64,000 nucleotides of DNA from a virus (lineage: Duplodnaviria; Caudoviricetes), in the IMG/VR virus record IMGVR_UViG_3300025437_000009; one strand, 5' to 3'. The stretch's first letter is position 1, and each line of letters begins with the position of its first letter. Below the pieces are notes generated by a model, which worked only from the letters and a program-made list of their open reading frames with translations, searched no databases and had not been told where the DNA came from. Positions 53,672 to 62,245 of the stretch are shown here, one piece after another. The position numbers were made by a program, and so were the translations under genes.

Positions 53672-53682
53672 TTTTAAATTCC

Positions 53683-54357
53683 TTACATTAAAGGTTGTGT
53701 TGTTTGAGGTACAACTTTTTGTCCGCTTGCGTTTAAAGTTGGGGTTGTTGGTGTGGTTGAACCGAAGCCACCTGTAGTCGGTGTAGTTGCGGTACTACCA
53801 AATCCACCTGCACTAGCGCCGCCAAATGAACCTGTGGCTGGTGTTGAACCAAAACCACCTGCGGATGCGCCACCAAAACCACCACTGCTTGCTCCGCCAA
53901 AGCTACCTGAGCTTGCGCCGCCGAAGCCCCCGGTTGATTGGCCGCCAAATCCACCACCCATACCTGAGTTCATACCTCCGCCAAATCCACCACCCATACC
54001 GCCACCCATACCACCACCCATACCACCGGCCATGCCAGCTGGTACACCACTCATGTTAGTAGTGTTAACAGAAATTTGTTCTGTAGCTGTTGGATTAGCT
54101 GCTGTGCCTGCTAGTTTTTCTTGTGTTCGACCAAATGCTGAAATACCTAATACAGCACCCATAGCAATGTGAAATAAGCCAGCACCTTGAAGTGTTAACG
54201 GGTTCCACTGTGTAATAGGTACATGGTTCATACCTTGCCATAAGGCCCATAGTACTGGAAACACCATCATGTCTGCGACGCATATTAACATATACATCCA
54301 GCCCATCATTGGACGCCATAGAGTCTGCATCCAATCTTCTCTTTTATTCTTTGACAT
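53683..54357 (-). CDS. Holin-like membrane protein (3TM holin type) with Gly/Phe-rich low-complexity tail
   Basis: WRPMMGW...HIAMGAVLGISAFGRTQEK, then GGFGG/GGFGS repeats. Confidence 0.65.
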   Translation of the reverse strand: MSKNKREDWMQTLWRPMMGWMYMLICVADMMVFPVLWALWQGMNHVPITQWNPLTLQGAGLFHIAMGAVLGISAFGRTQEKLAGTAANPTATEQISVNTTNMSGVPAGMAGGMGGGMGGGMGGGFGGGMNSGMGGGFGGQSTGGFGGASSGSFGGASSGGFGGASAGGFGSTPATGSFGGASAGGFGSTATTPTTGGFGSTTPTTPTLNASGQKVVPQTTQPLM

Positions 54358-54391
54358 ACCTAGCTCCTTATAATTGATTTTATAAGTGTAT

Positions 54392-54589
54392 TTATGCGTA
54401 AGTGTTAGTATTTTGTGGGGTTAGCTCGTGTGTTACTTGATCTTGGGCATTGTATACTTTAACAGAATGTGCATCAGTTTGATCTTTAGCAAATCCTAAT
54501 GCTTCTTCAAGTTCCTCAAATAAATGATCTGTAAAATGTAGGATGCCATTGATCCAACTGTGTTTTCTTACTTTGTGTGACATACTCAA
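54392..54589 (-). CDS. Small protein, tandem paralog A
   Basis: HKVRKHSWINGIL...IKVY-like segment...NTYA. Confidence 0.65.
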   Translation of the reverse strand: MSMSHKVRKHSWINGILHFTDHLFEELEEALGFAKDQTDAHSVKVYNAQDQVTHELTPQNTNTYA

Positions 54590-54592
54590 TCC

Positions 54593-54790
54593 TTAAGCGT
54601 ATGTGTCAGGCGTTTGTCCTGATAAATTGTGTGTAATATTATGTTCGTGATCAAAAACTTTAATACTATCTGCCATTTCGACGCTGTTGGCAAATGTCAG
54701 TGCTTCGGCTTCTGAACCAAAAAATGCATCTTTGACTTCTAAACGACCATTGCGCCAGTGATGTGTTCTCACTCTGTGTACTCGGCTCAT
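54593..54790 (-). CDS. Small protein, tandem paralog B
   Basis: HRVRTHHWRNGRL...SIKVF...DTYA. Confidence 0.65.
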   Translation of the reverse strand: MSRVHRVRTHHWRNGRLEVKDAFFGSEAEALTFANSVEMADSIKVFDHEHNITHNLSGQTPDTYA

Positions 54791-54791
54791 A

Positions 54792-55850
54792 TTATTTTTC
54801 CTTAAATTGCGTAGTCCATATACGCTTTGTTTTATCTGTGTATTTAGTTAAATTACGCTGATTAAACCATACGTTAGTTTGTGGACGTCGATAAGTTCTT
54901 AGTAGGACGTTGGCTATTTGACTGCTTTCTGTGGGGTCGGCCCAACAAAAACGTGTTGCCCAAGGAATTTCATTGCAACCTACAATAGGTACACCTTGAC
55001 TAATCAAATCTGCTGACACAATGTTAAACGTTTCTGAAAAATTACATTGCATACCGATATCCATACTAGCACAGGTTTTTAAGAATTCTTCACGTGGAGC
55101 CCATTCGTGCCCAATTAGCTGATGTCCAGTGTCGGCCAATTGCTGGAAAAATCCACGTAGATTATGTAGCACAGGACTGCCCTGCATTTCAACACGGCCC
55201 GCATTGATATGAAAACGCAACTGTTTACCAATTTTGTTAGCAAACTTTAGTGCCGCTACTGCTTGCACCATATGATTTTTTAAGGGACGTACTGCACCAA
55301 AGCACGCAATGTCTACCCAATACTTGTTGCGATCAAATTCTTTAGTTACATAGTCTTGTGGATAGTAATTTGGAAGATAGAAAATACGACTATCGGTTTC
55401 TGTTTGACCCCATCCTTTTTTAGTACTCAGGTATGTTCTAACTTCGTCAAGCATACGTGGAGCATTTACACCAATATCAATCTGTGGGAAATTGATATAA
55501 TCCCCTAACCAGTCCATGGCCATACCTTCACCAGCCATAAAGGGCATTTCTGAATGCAGTCGAATGATCCATCGAACACCAGGATGTAGTTTGGTTAAGA
55601 CACTAAACTTACTAGGAACTACCCATAGTGCTTCAACAATAACATGTGTTGGTTGATGCTTGGTTACTAGCCTATCAATACAGTTATTATCAATAGCAAC
55701 TTCAATAGTAGTGTCAATACCTAGGTCATTCAACATTTCAACCATAAAGTTGGCAGAATTAAATAGGCCAGTTGACAGGCCTAGGGGAGAATGTTTGACA
55801 GGATTGAAGTCTTCTCGTCTCTTGAGAATAAACAGTATTTTTGTTTTCAT
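54792..55850 (-). CDS. Putative GT-B glycosyltransferase
   Basis: CFGAVRPLKN, FSETFNIVSADLISQGVPIV; assignment tentative. Confidence 0.6.
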   Translation of the reverse strand: MKTKILFILKRREDFNPVKHSPLGLSTGLFNSANFMVEMLNDLGIDTTIEVAIDNNCIDRLVTKHQPTHVIVEALWVVPSKFSVLTKLHPGVRWIIRLHSEMPFMAGEGMAMDWLGDYINFPQIDIGVNAPRMLDEVRTYLSTKKGWGQTETDSRIFYLPNYYPQDYVTKEFDRNKYWVDIACFGAVRPLKNHMVQAVAALKFANKIGKQLRFHINAGRVEMQGSPVLHNLRGFFQQLADTGHQLIGHEWAPREEFLKTCASMDIGMQCNFSETFNIVSADLISQGVPIVGCNEIPWATRFCWADPTESSQIANVLLRTYRRPQTNVWFNQRNLTKYTDKTKRIWTTQFKEK

Positions 55851-55914
55851 TGAAAATCCACAGTATAACACTATTTATGTTTTACTGTGGATTTAAATGT
55901 TACAGATTGATTTA

Positions 55915-56304
55915 TTATTGTGCTGGAGCGTCAACTACTGGAGCTGGTGCTGGAGAAACAATTTGACTCTGTTGTGTAGCTAAGTCAGCGGCATGAGCAG
56001 CAGCTAATGTCTTATATTTCTCAACGTCAGCTTCGGCAGCGGCACGTGCGGCATTGGCGGCATCAACTGCCGTTTGATGCAGTTCAGCGGCCTTGGTCAA
56101 TGCGTCTTGCAAATCTGCTTTTAGTTTGTTGACTAAATCGTTTGCGGCTAGCGCATCTTCGCGAGCTTGATCAAAAACTGTTTTGACTTCACCCAAAATT
56201 GCGTGTTCGATTTTTTGTACTTCGTTGATAACTGCCGTCTCAACAGTCTTGGCTTTGCTAAATGCTCCTAATAGTGCATCTGCAATTTTCTTTTCAATAC
56301 TCAT
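55915..56304 (-). CDS. Ala-rich coiled-coil protein
   Basis: 129-aa ORF, SD AAGGAG. Confidence 0.7.
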   Translation of the reverse strand: MSIEKKIADALLGAFSKAKTVETAVINEVQKIEHAILGEVKTVFDQAREDALAANDLVNKLKADLQDALTKAAELHQTAVDAANAARAAAEADVEKYKTLAAAHAADLATQQSQIVSPAPAPVVDAPAQ

Positions 56305-56314
56305 TTGATTCTCC

Positions 56315-56572
56315 TTAGATTGCTCCAGCGATCAGTAACAGACCGTTGATGCAAGTATTTAATGTTTCTTTAAACTGCAACTGGCTCATATCCTGGATAA
56401 TTTCCAATTGTCGTTGCACGTCTTTTAGCGTTTCCGCTAGCTCTTGTGGACTTAACTGTCCAGATTGTGCTGCTTGTGTTGCTTGTGCTACATAATTTGC
56501 GGCATTGGCAAAGGTAGGATCACCTGAGTTTACCAGTGCTGCTAATTGGTTGTTGATATCATCTAATGTCAT
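56315..56572 (-). CDS. Hypothetical protein
   Basis: 85-aa ORF. Confidence 0.65.
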   Translation of the reverse strand: MTLDDINNQLAALVNSGDPTFANAANYVAQATQAAQSGQLSPQELAETLKDVQRQLEIIQDMSQLQFKETLNTCINGLLLIAGAI

Positions 56573-56973
56573 CTTGGTCTATTCCCTAGAACGTGTTGTA
56601 TTGTATCGGCACTATGCTCGATTCCTTCAAACTTCAATTTGCAAAAAAATGGGCTGACTGGCGTACCTGTGTTGTATTGTGTAACTAACCCCTGAGCTAT
56701 TTCGTTTAAGGCTTTAGCAGCTTTAGTACCATCGCCGTTACTAGGTAAGTTTTCACTGTAGGCTTCGAATAACTCAGTCTTTTGTGCCATAGCTACAGCA
56801 TTAGGTTGGCTCATAACAGGATTACCGCATGCTTGAGCATAGTGTCGAGCATCAACACGTATTTCAGATATTAGCAGATATTCGTTAGGATCATACTTGG
56901 TCATAGTCACTGCATCATATACAGCACAACCAGATAAATTCAATACAAATAGGGCTAATATGAGTCTGCGCAT
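56569..56973 (-). CDS. Lipoprotein
   Basis: MRRLILALFVLNLSGC lipobox. Confidence 0.75.
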   Translation of the reverse strand: MRRLILALFVLNLSGCAVYDAVTMTKYDPNEYLLISEIRVDARHYAQACGNPVMSQPNAVAMAQKTELFEAYSENLPSNGDGTKAAKALNEIAQGLVTQYNTGTPVSPFFCKLKFEGIEHSADTIQHVLGNRPR

Positions 56974-56974
56974 A

Positions 56975-57532
56975 TCAAAACCAAAGCCAGAGGCCTTGAC
57001 TCATTAATAGTAGGCCTGTGCCGGCAACTAAGAAGCTGGCCCAGAACAGTTCCATACGTACTGCCAAGATACTGGCAGATAGTAGCACGATTGCTAACTG
57101 ATATGCAGTTGACGCATAGCCAATCCAGGGTGATTTCTTTTTAGCTAGGTCGCGTTCTGCTTCTAGTCGTTTAGCGTGTGCATACAAGGCCTTCTTGCCT
57201 TCTTCACCTTCTTCGTAGCTAGCGGCTTTGTCACTAAACTTTTTAGCCAACACAGGATCTTTAACTGTTAATGCAGTTAGTTCATATTGTGTTTGCTTGA
57301 TCGATTTAGCTTGATAAAAGTTCCAAAGATCGTTTGCTTTAATAGTGTTGTTCATTACTGTTGAACTAAGACCGCCACCGATAACTGTGTTGAATGCCAA
57401 CAATGCGGCAAACACGTTGATGACCATACCTGCTTTGTCTTTGATCTTTGCTTCACGTTCTGAACGTGAGCCTGTTAAAGGTTCTTTGCGACCTTTACTA
57501 ATCATGTTTAATACTGAATCAATTAATGCCAT
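56975..57532 (-). CDS. DUF4337-like membrane protein
   Basis: FAALLA, ANDLWNFYQAKSIKQ, QLAIVLLSASIL. Confidence 0.7.
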   Translation of the reverse strand: MALIDSVLNMISKGRKEPLTGSRSEREAKIKDKAGMVINVFAALLAFNTVIGGGLSSTVMNNTIKANDLWNFYQAKSIKQTQYELTALTVKDPVLAKKFSDKAASYEEGEEGKKALYAHAKRLEAERDLAKKKSPWIGYASTAYQLAIVLLSASILAVRMELFWASFLVAGTGLLLMSQGLWLWF

Positions 57533-57546
57533 CTTCCGCTCCTTTA

Positions 57547-57819
57547 TTATTGTAGGCCTTGCCAAATTTTTTGTTGGGTATTATACCAGTTTTGCCAACC
57601 TTCATACTTTTCTTTGAGTATGTAGTATTGTGTATAGTTTTCGTTTGAATTTTCAATCAAATCGCTTAGGTTTCTCTGCTCAGGCGCTAAGGGAGTTAGC
57701 TCCGGTGCTGGTTGTTGTAAATCTGTAGGTGCTGTAGGCCACTTTGGAATAATCTGTGCTTGATTACTAGCACAGGCCGTGAGTGCAAACATTATACATA
57801 CCAAAATTAATCTTTTCAT
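57547..57819 (-). CDS. Outer-membrane spanin (Rz1-like lipoprotein)
   Basis: LTAC lipobox, Pro-rich WPTAP segment, downstream of i-spanin and endolysin. Confidence 0.75.
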   Translation of the reverse strand: MKRLILVCIMFALTACASNQAQIIPKWPTAPTDLQQPAPELTPLAPEQRNLSDLIENSNENYTQYYILKEKYEGWQNWYNTQQKIWQGLQ

Positions 57820-58289
57820 TTCTTAGTATCCAATATTTTGCTGCCCGAATTTTTTACAGCACGGTTATAATCTTCCCATGCATCGTCGTTAAGTTTTGCA
57901 CAGTCACGATCAATCTTAGCCTTATCTTTTGTGATAATCTGCTTAACACCATATGCTCGTCCGTTCACCAGATGTTCATTTGCAGCTAATGCATCTGCTA
58001 GTTGTTTGCTAGCATCTGCACTTGCTTGTTCGGCTAGCTGAGTTTTCTGTTGAGCTTCTTGCAGGGCCTGCTGTTGAACAGCAATTACTCCAGCACCGCC
58101 ATAAAAGAACACACCCAGAACAAATACTATAAAAGCAACGGGACGTGCTATTAAGGCATACAGTCTAACAGGTGGAATATGGCTAGCAATACCAGCAATG
58201 ATGTAGGTAGCTACACCACCACCGGCCATAACGGGAAATACCCAGGTGGGTATGTTACCTAAGAAGTGATTGACTATTAGTTCAAACAT
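57816..58289 (-). CDS. Inner-membrane spanin (Rz-like)
   Basis: N-terminal TM helices, coiled coil, C-terminal Cys. Confidence 0.7.
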   Translation of the reverse strand: MFELIVNHFLGNIPTWVFPVMAGGGVATYIIAGIASHIPPVRLYALIARPVAFIVFVLGVFFYGGAGVIAVQQQALQEAQQKTQLAEQASADASKQLADALAANEHLVNGRAYGVKQIITKDKAKIDRDCAKLNDDAWEDYNRAVKNSGSKILDTKK

Positions 58290-58924
58290 TATGATTGTAG
58301 TATCTGTAGGGCTCGTTGGTAGTGAGCAATACGCTCATCTAATCCAAGGAATCCACCGTTAATTTTGTGTGTCATGGTTTTCATGTCACCGGCATCAGCA
58401 ACATCATTTAAACTGTTTGCTTCCCAGAACCAACAAGCTGACTGTACACAACCTTCAAAGGTCAACAAAAACTCGCTGACCTGTTCTGGTGTACTATCGA
58501 TACTTTGTCCAAATGCTGTATAGTTGGCACGACCAGTGAGCTGAATCAAGCCACGACCACAAAAGCGCCATCCGTCTCCACTAGCTTCGTCACCGTTACC
58601 CATGCGATTAGCGTAGATGCGATTAGCAATAGCTTCTTGTTTGTTAGGTTGCGAACAGTATTGTTGAATTTCATCCATACCGCTAAAATGATGACCAAAT
58701 AACTTCATTAGAGTCTCTGGACGATAGTTTAGATTTTCTTGGATTGCTGTATAGCCAGCAGATTCTACTGCTGTCTGACCTAAAAAGGCCGCAACACGTG
58801 CTACAGTACTGATGTCATAGTCAGGTAATACTTTGCATAATGCCTCGTACCAATGAGGTACGTGCTGATTTTGTGGCAAAAATTGCTGTAACTGGTCCTG
58901 AGTAAAATTGAATTGAAACGCCAT
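58289..58924 (-). CDS. GH19 endolysin
   Basis: AAFLGQTAVES, ENLNY, YANRMGNG, GRGLIQLTGRANY, INGG. Confidence 0.92.
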   Translation of the reverse strand: MAFQFNFTQDQLQQFLPQNQHVPHWYEALCKVLPDYDISTVARVAAFLGQTAVESAGYTAIQENLNYRPETLMKLFGHHFSGMDEIQQYCSQPNKQEAIANRIYANRMGNGDEASGDGWRFCGRGLIQLTGRANYTAFGQSIDSTPEQVSEFLLTFEGCVQSACWFWEANSLNDVADAGDMKTMTHKINGGFLGLDERIAHYQRALQILQS

Positions 58925-58925
58925 A

Positions 58926-58956
58926 GCTAACTCCTTACTTGATGTAAGTATTTAGC
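58926..58956 (-). promoter_or_regulatory. SD-sequestering hairpin overlapping the late promoter of the endolysin gene
   Basis: GCTAA-ATA-CTTAC-ATCAA-GTAAG-GAG-TTAGC-T-ATG; TAAATA at 58954-58949. Confidence 0.7.
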
Positions 58957-58987
58957 AATTTATACTATTTGAGATATTACAACTGTG

Positions 58988-59536
58988 TTAGCGTATGATT
59001 CCAGCCAGATTTCTTAGAGATTCTGTGTAATCATTTTTGGGTGCTTTGGTAGTAACTTCTACACCTGCTACAGCTTTTAGTTTGTCAATGGCTTCTTGAC
59101 CGTATTCTCTCTCGTAGGCTTCTGGAGTTAGGGGAATTAAGTCTTGTAGGGATTCTAGGCTTAAAGCAGTTTCTTTGTGAGCTTTATAGTAACGTACACG
59201 CCAATCTTCAATTTGTTGATCAGTTACATTCATTAGGTCATTCATCAAGCTCATGATATTTTCGGGAGCAGATTTGTCACGATCAAGTTCAACAAACACG
59301 ATATAACTACCGTCTTCCATTTCACCTGAACTGAGGTCGGCATCTAAAACCCAGTCGTAGCCTTTTTCAACAAAACTAACCAGATCAGCAGCTGATTCTT
59401 TGGCACTGAGTTTAAAACTTAGTACAATAACGTCTGAGTCGTCGCCCAGTTTGCTTTTAAATTCATCAACGTGTAATTCAGGGTGAACCAAACGCTTTAG
59501 ATCGCCTAGTTCTAGGCCTTCAAATAACTTATGCAT
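58988..59536 (-). CDS. Hypothetical phage protein
   Basis: Likely start MHKLFEG at 59536. Confidence 0.7.
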   Translation of the reverse strand: MHKLFEGLELGDLKRLVHPELHVDEFKSKLGDDSDVIVLSFKLSAKESAADLVSFVEKGYDWVLDADLSSGEMEDGSYIVFVELDRDKSAPENIMSLMNDLMNVTDQQIEDWRVRYYKAHKETALSLESLQDLIPLTPEAYEREYGQEAIDKLKAVAGVEVTTKAPKNDYTESLRNLAGIIR

Positions 59537-60056
59537 TTTGAACATTTTCCTCAGGACCTGACACGTTAGAATTTTCATCTTCACCAGTTTCATATGCTTG
59601 GTCAATATCTTCTAGGTCAACTGTACCACTAGCTAATTCTAAAGCACCCTGCTCAATGTCTTTCATCAGCTTTTTAGGCATAACAATAGTAACTAACCAA
59701 ACTGGTGTTTGAACCATTTTAGGTACTTTAGTTCCTGGTTTAAAATCCTTGGGATCTTTTACTTTTTTTGTGTGCTCAAAAAAGTCTTGTTTGTACTCAA
59801 CATTACAGTCGTATTCGGCTAATCGTGCTGCACCCTTGGGGTTTGGCATTTTTTTGTAGGGCCACATAAATGTGCAGGTCACAAAGTATTTTTCGTAGAT
59901 AGGACCCTCTACAAGTTCACCTTGCTTCCAATGTTCAAAAGCATAAAGATCGAGTTCATCTAAGACACGTTCAAAATCCAGCAGGGTTGAGACTGCTGAA
60001 TCCGTCATGAATATTTCTTTTGTATTGTTTAGTAGGTCTCTAATATTAGCCGGCAT
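59529..60056 (-). CDS. Hypothetical phage protein (late)
   Basis: 175-aa ORF, TAAATA at 60070-60065. Confidence 0.75.
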   Translation of the reverse strand: MPANIRDLLNNTKEIFMTDSAVSTLLDFERVLDELDLYAFEHWKQGELVEGPIYEKYFVTCTFMWPYKKMPNPKGAARLAEYDCNVEYKQDFFEHTKKVKDPKDFKPGTKVPKMVQTPVWLVTIVMPKKLMKDIEQGALELASGTVDLEDIDQAYETGEDENSNVSGPEENVQNA

Positions 60057-60077
60057 AGTACAGTTATTTATCTGATA

Positions 60078-61262
60078 TTAGAACTTATAGAATTCGTTAG
60101 CACCGGTACTTTGGTAATTTGCTGTGCCAATTTTATAAAATGGACTTAAAAACCCTACAAATCCCACAGGTTTTCCTAATTCCTTGTTGAAATATTTAAG
60201 GTCTATGTTATCAACTAAGAACGCAAGTCCTGCCTTCCATACATTGTATGCATGGGTATCTTGAAAGTTTGTATAGAACCAGTAGTCCATTTCGTTGTAA
60301 AAACTATTGGTAGGTTTGCTAGTCTGAAATGTAGTATGATCGTAGTCAGGGTATATCAAGGGTTTAATAATTTGTTCAAATGTAGTGCGCTGACTAAAAC
60401 TGTAATTTGGCCAACGTACTAGATGTTGAAGATATTGATTAGACTGTAAATTAAACCAATTTTTAATTAAATGTGCTTGTTTAGCCAGTAGCTCGGGCAG
60501 ATCTGGACTCCAATAAAAATATTCATTGGTAACATTGGTATAATCTCCTACATTGGGATTGGCACTATTGGCCTGTATATCCATGAAATACAAATACCAA
60601 TGGCCATCCTTGATACATATCTTGGGTTTATCAATGCCCCATAATAGACAAATACTTTTGCCTTGATTTAATGTTTCTTTGTGATCGTCTACAGCATCAA
60701 CTGTAAATTTAAAAGGATGTCCGGGCTGGAAATAATCTCTAGTATCATACACCCAACTTTCATCGTGTTTACTATTGAGCATGTCAATGCTGTAATCATG
60801 TACTGTTATTTTTGTACTTGGACTGTGTACAGCAATCCAGTCTAACAAGGGTTTGGCAGCATAGCGCCATTCGCTTAGTGTATTTTCGGGTTTGGTATTA
60901 AAGGGATCATCAGTGACATTCTTTTCACCAGCCTTGGGATAACGAAATACAACTTCATCGAGATGTATGTTGTTCTTGATAAAACTATAAACTACAGTAC
61001 TGCTATCACCACCGCCACTGACCTCGAGACGGATATAATCGTAACGTTCTCTAATCTGTTGAGCACGTATTCGATATAATTCTTGTAGCGGGGTAGACGG
61101 TTCAACAAGCCAGTCGACCTGATCAAACTCTTCTTTATTATAATTCCACTCAGGGAAGATATTTTGTTTAGTAGCTTCAATAAGTGCATCTACTTTATTA
61201 AAATATCTCTGTTCCCCTACTTGATAAAAACCTAACCTGGGATTTTGTTCACGTATAGCCAT
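60078..61262 (-). CDS. PP-loop (adenine nucleotide alpha hydrolase) superfamily protein
   Basis: VSGGGDS motif. Confidence 0.7.
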   Translation of the reverse strand: MAIREQNPRLGFYQVGEQRYFNKVDALIEATKQNIFPEWNYNKEEFDQVDWLVEPSTPLQELYRIRAQQIRERYDYIRLEVSGGGDSSTVVYSFIKNNIHLDEVVFRYPKAGEKNVTDDPFNTKPENTLSEWRYAAKPLLDWIAVHSPSTKITVHDYSIDMLNSKHDESWVYDTRDYFQPGHPFKFTVDAVDDHKETLNQGKSICLLWGIDKPKICIKDGHWYLYFMDIQANSANPNVGDYTNVTNEYFYWSPDLPELLAKQAHLIKNWFNLQSNQYLQHLVRWPNYSFSQRTTFEQIIKPLIYPDYDHTTFQTSKPTNSFYNEMDYWFYTNFQDTHAYNVWKAGLAFLVDNIDLKYFNKELGKPVGFVGFLSPFYKIGTANYQSTGANEFYKF

Positions 61263-62173
61263 TACTTGACTGATATCCCGTCGGTCATCTTTTTCCAGAA
61301 ATACTTTGATTCGTTGTAGTATGCAACTGGATTTTCATTTAGCATTTCTCTTGTAGGACTACAAAAATCATCTGCTATAGCTTTTTTAACTAAAGGAGTT
61401 TTTGCGGCTTCCACTAATACTTTGCGCCAGGCTGAATATTTTTCTTCTGATACATTGGTAGGGACAATTAACTGTGCTGGACTTCCCATACGGGCCATAG
61501 CCGGCCCAAACCCTTGATCAAGCAGTAGTGGTTTGTTGTTGATAGAAACAGAACCACCTATGCCTAACACATACATGCGTGACTTGGTACTATTTTCTTT
61601 TTCGTACTGTGTGGTATCGCCAAGAAGGTTAACTGCAAAATCAGTTTGCCCACTCAGTGCAGACATAACTGCTTCACTGGTACTCTTAAATGCAAGAATA
61701 TCTAAATTGGGATATCGTTTGGCAATTTGAATAGCAGTCAAGTGTGTAGTTGTGCCCATACCACTCATACCAATGGTCAATCTTTTGTCGGTGGGTACTT
61801 CTTTCCAGGACTTGTATTTGGATGAACTAATACCGAATGGTCCAAAACACACAGGCATAAGTTCTTGGAAGTTGTCTTGATTGTAACCTGACTCTGGATA
61901 CAAGTTAGAACGAATAAAGAAAGCCGAACTGGTTGCTAAAATAGTATTAGGGGTTTTTGCCACATGAGCTGCTGCAATAGCACCTCCAGCCCCAGGCTTG
62001 TAATCAACAATAAAGTTGTATTTTGACTGTAGCTTGTTAGCCGATTCGGCCAAAGCACGATAGTAGTTAGCGGCAGTATCGCCTGCGGTCCAAGAATAAA
62101 TGATTGTTACGTTTTCAGCCGATGCCGCAGTCAGTGCAAAGGTAGATAGCAAAATTGCTATAATTTTTTTCAT
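61262..62173 (-). CDS. Bug/TctC-like tripartite tricarboxylate transporter solute-binding protein
   Basis: Signal peptide, KPGAGGAIA, GMGTTTHL, ALSGQTD. Confidence 0.8.
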   Translation of the reverse strand: MKKIIAILLSTFALTAASAENVTIIYSWTAGDTAANYYRALAESANKLQSKYNFIVDYKPGAGGAIAAAHVAKTPNTILATSSAFFIRSNLYPESGYNQDNFQELMPVCFGPFGISSSKYKSWKEVPTDKRLTIGMSGMGTTTHLTAIQIAKRYPNLDILAFKSTSEAVMSALSGQTDFAVNLLGDTTQYEKENSTKSRMYVLGIGGSVSINNKPLLLDQGFGPAMARMGSPAQLIVPTNVSEEKYSAWRKVLVEAAKTPLVKKAIADDFCSPTREMLNENPVAYYNESKYFWKKMTDGISVK

Positions 62174-62198
62174 AAAGATTCCTAATTTAGATTATGTA

Positions 62199-62227
62199 AT
62201 TGTATAAGAAATGTAAGTGTATGTCAA
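62199..62227 (-). promoter_or_regulatory. sigma70 promoter
   Basis: TTGACA-17-TACAAT, overlapped by the inverted repeat TGTAAGTGT..ACACTTACA. Confidence 0.7.
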
Positions 62228-62245
62228 CCACACACTTACATCAAT

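Noticed and set aside
53940-54030. CCACCACCCATACC-type DNA repeats as a separate repeat element
   Set aside because: Explained by the GGMG/GGFG coding repeats.
60078-61262. Calling this gene queC
   Set aside because: Only the generic SGGxDS motif matches; there is no QueC zinc motif and it lies far from the cluster.
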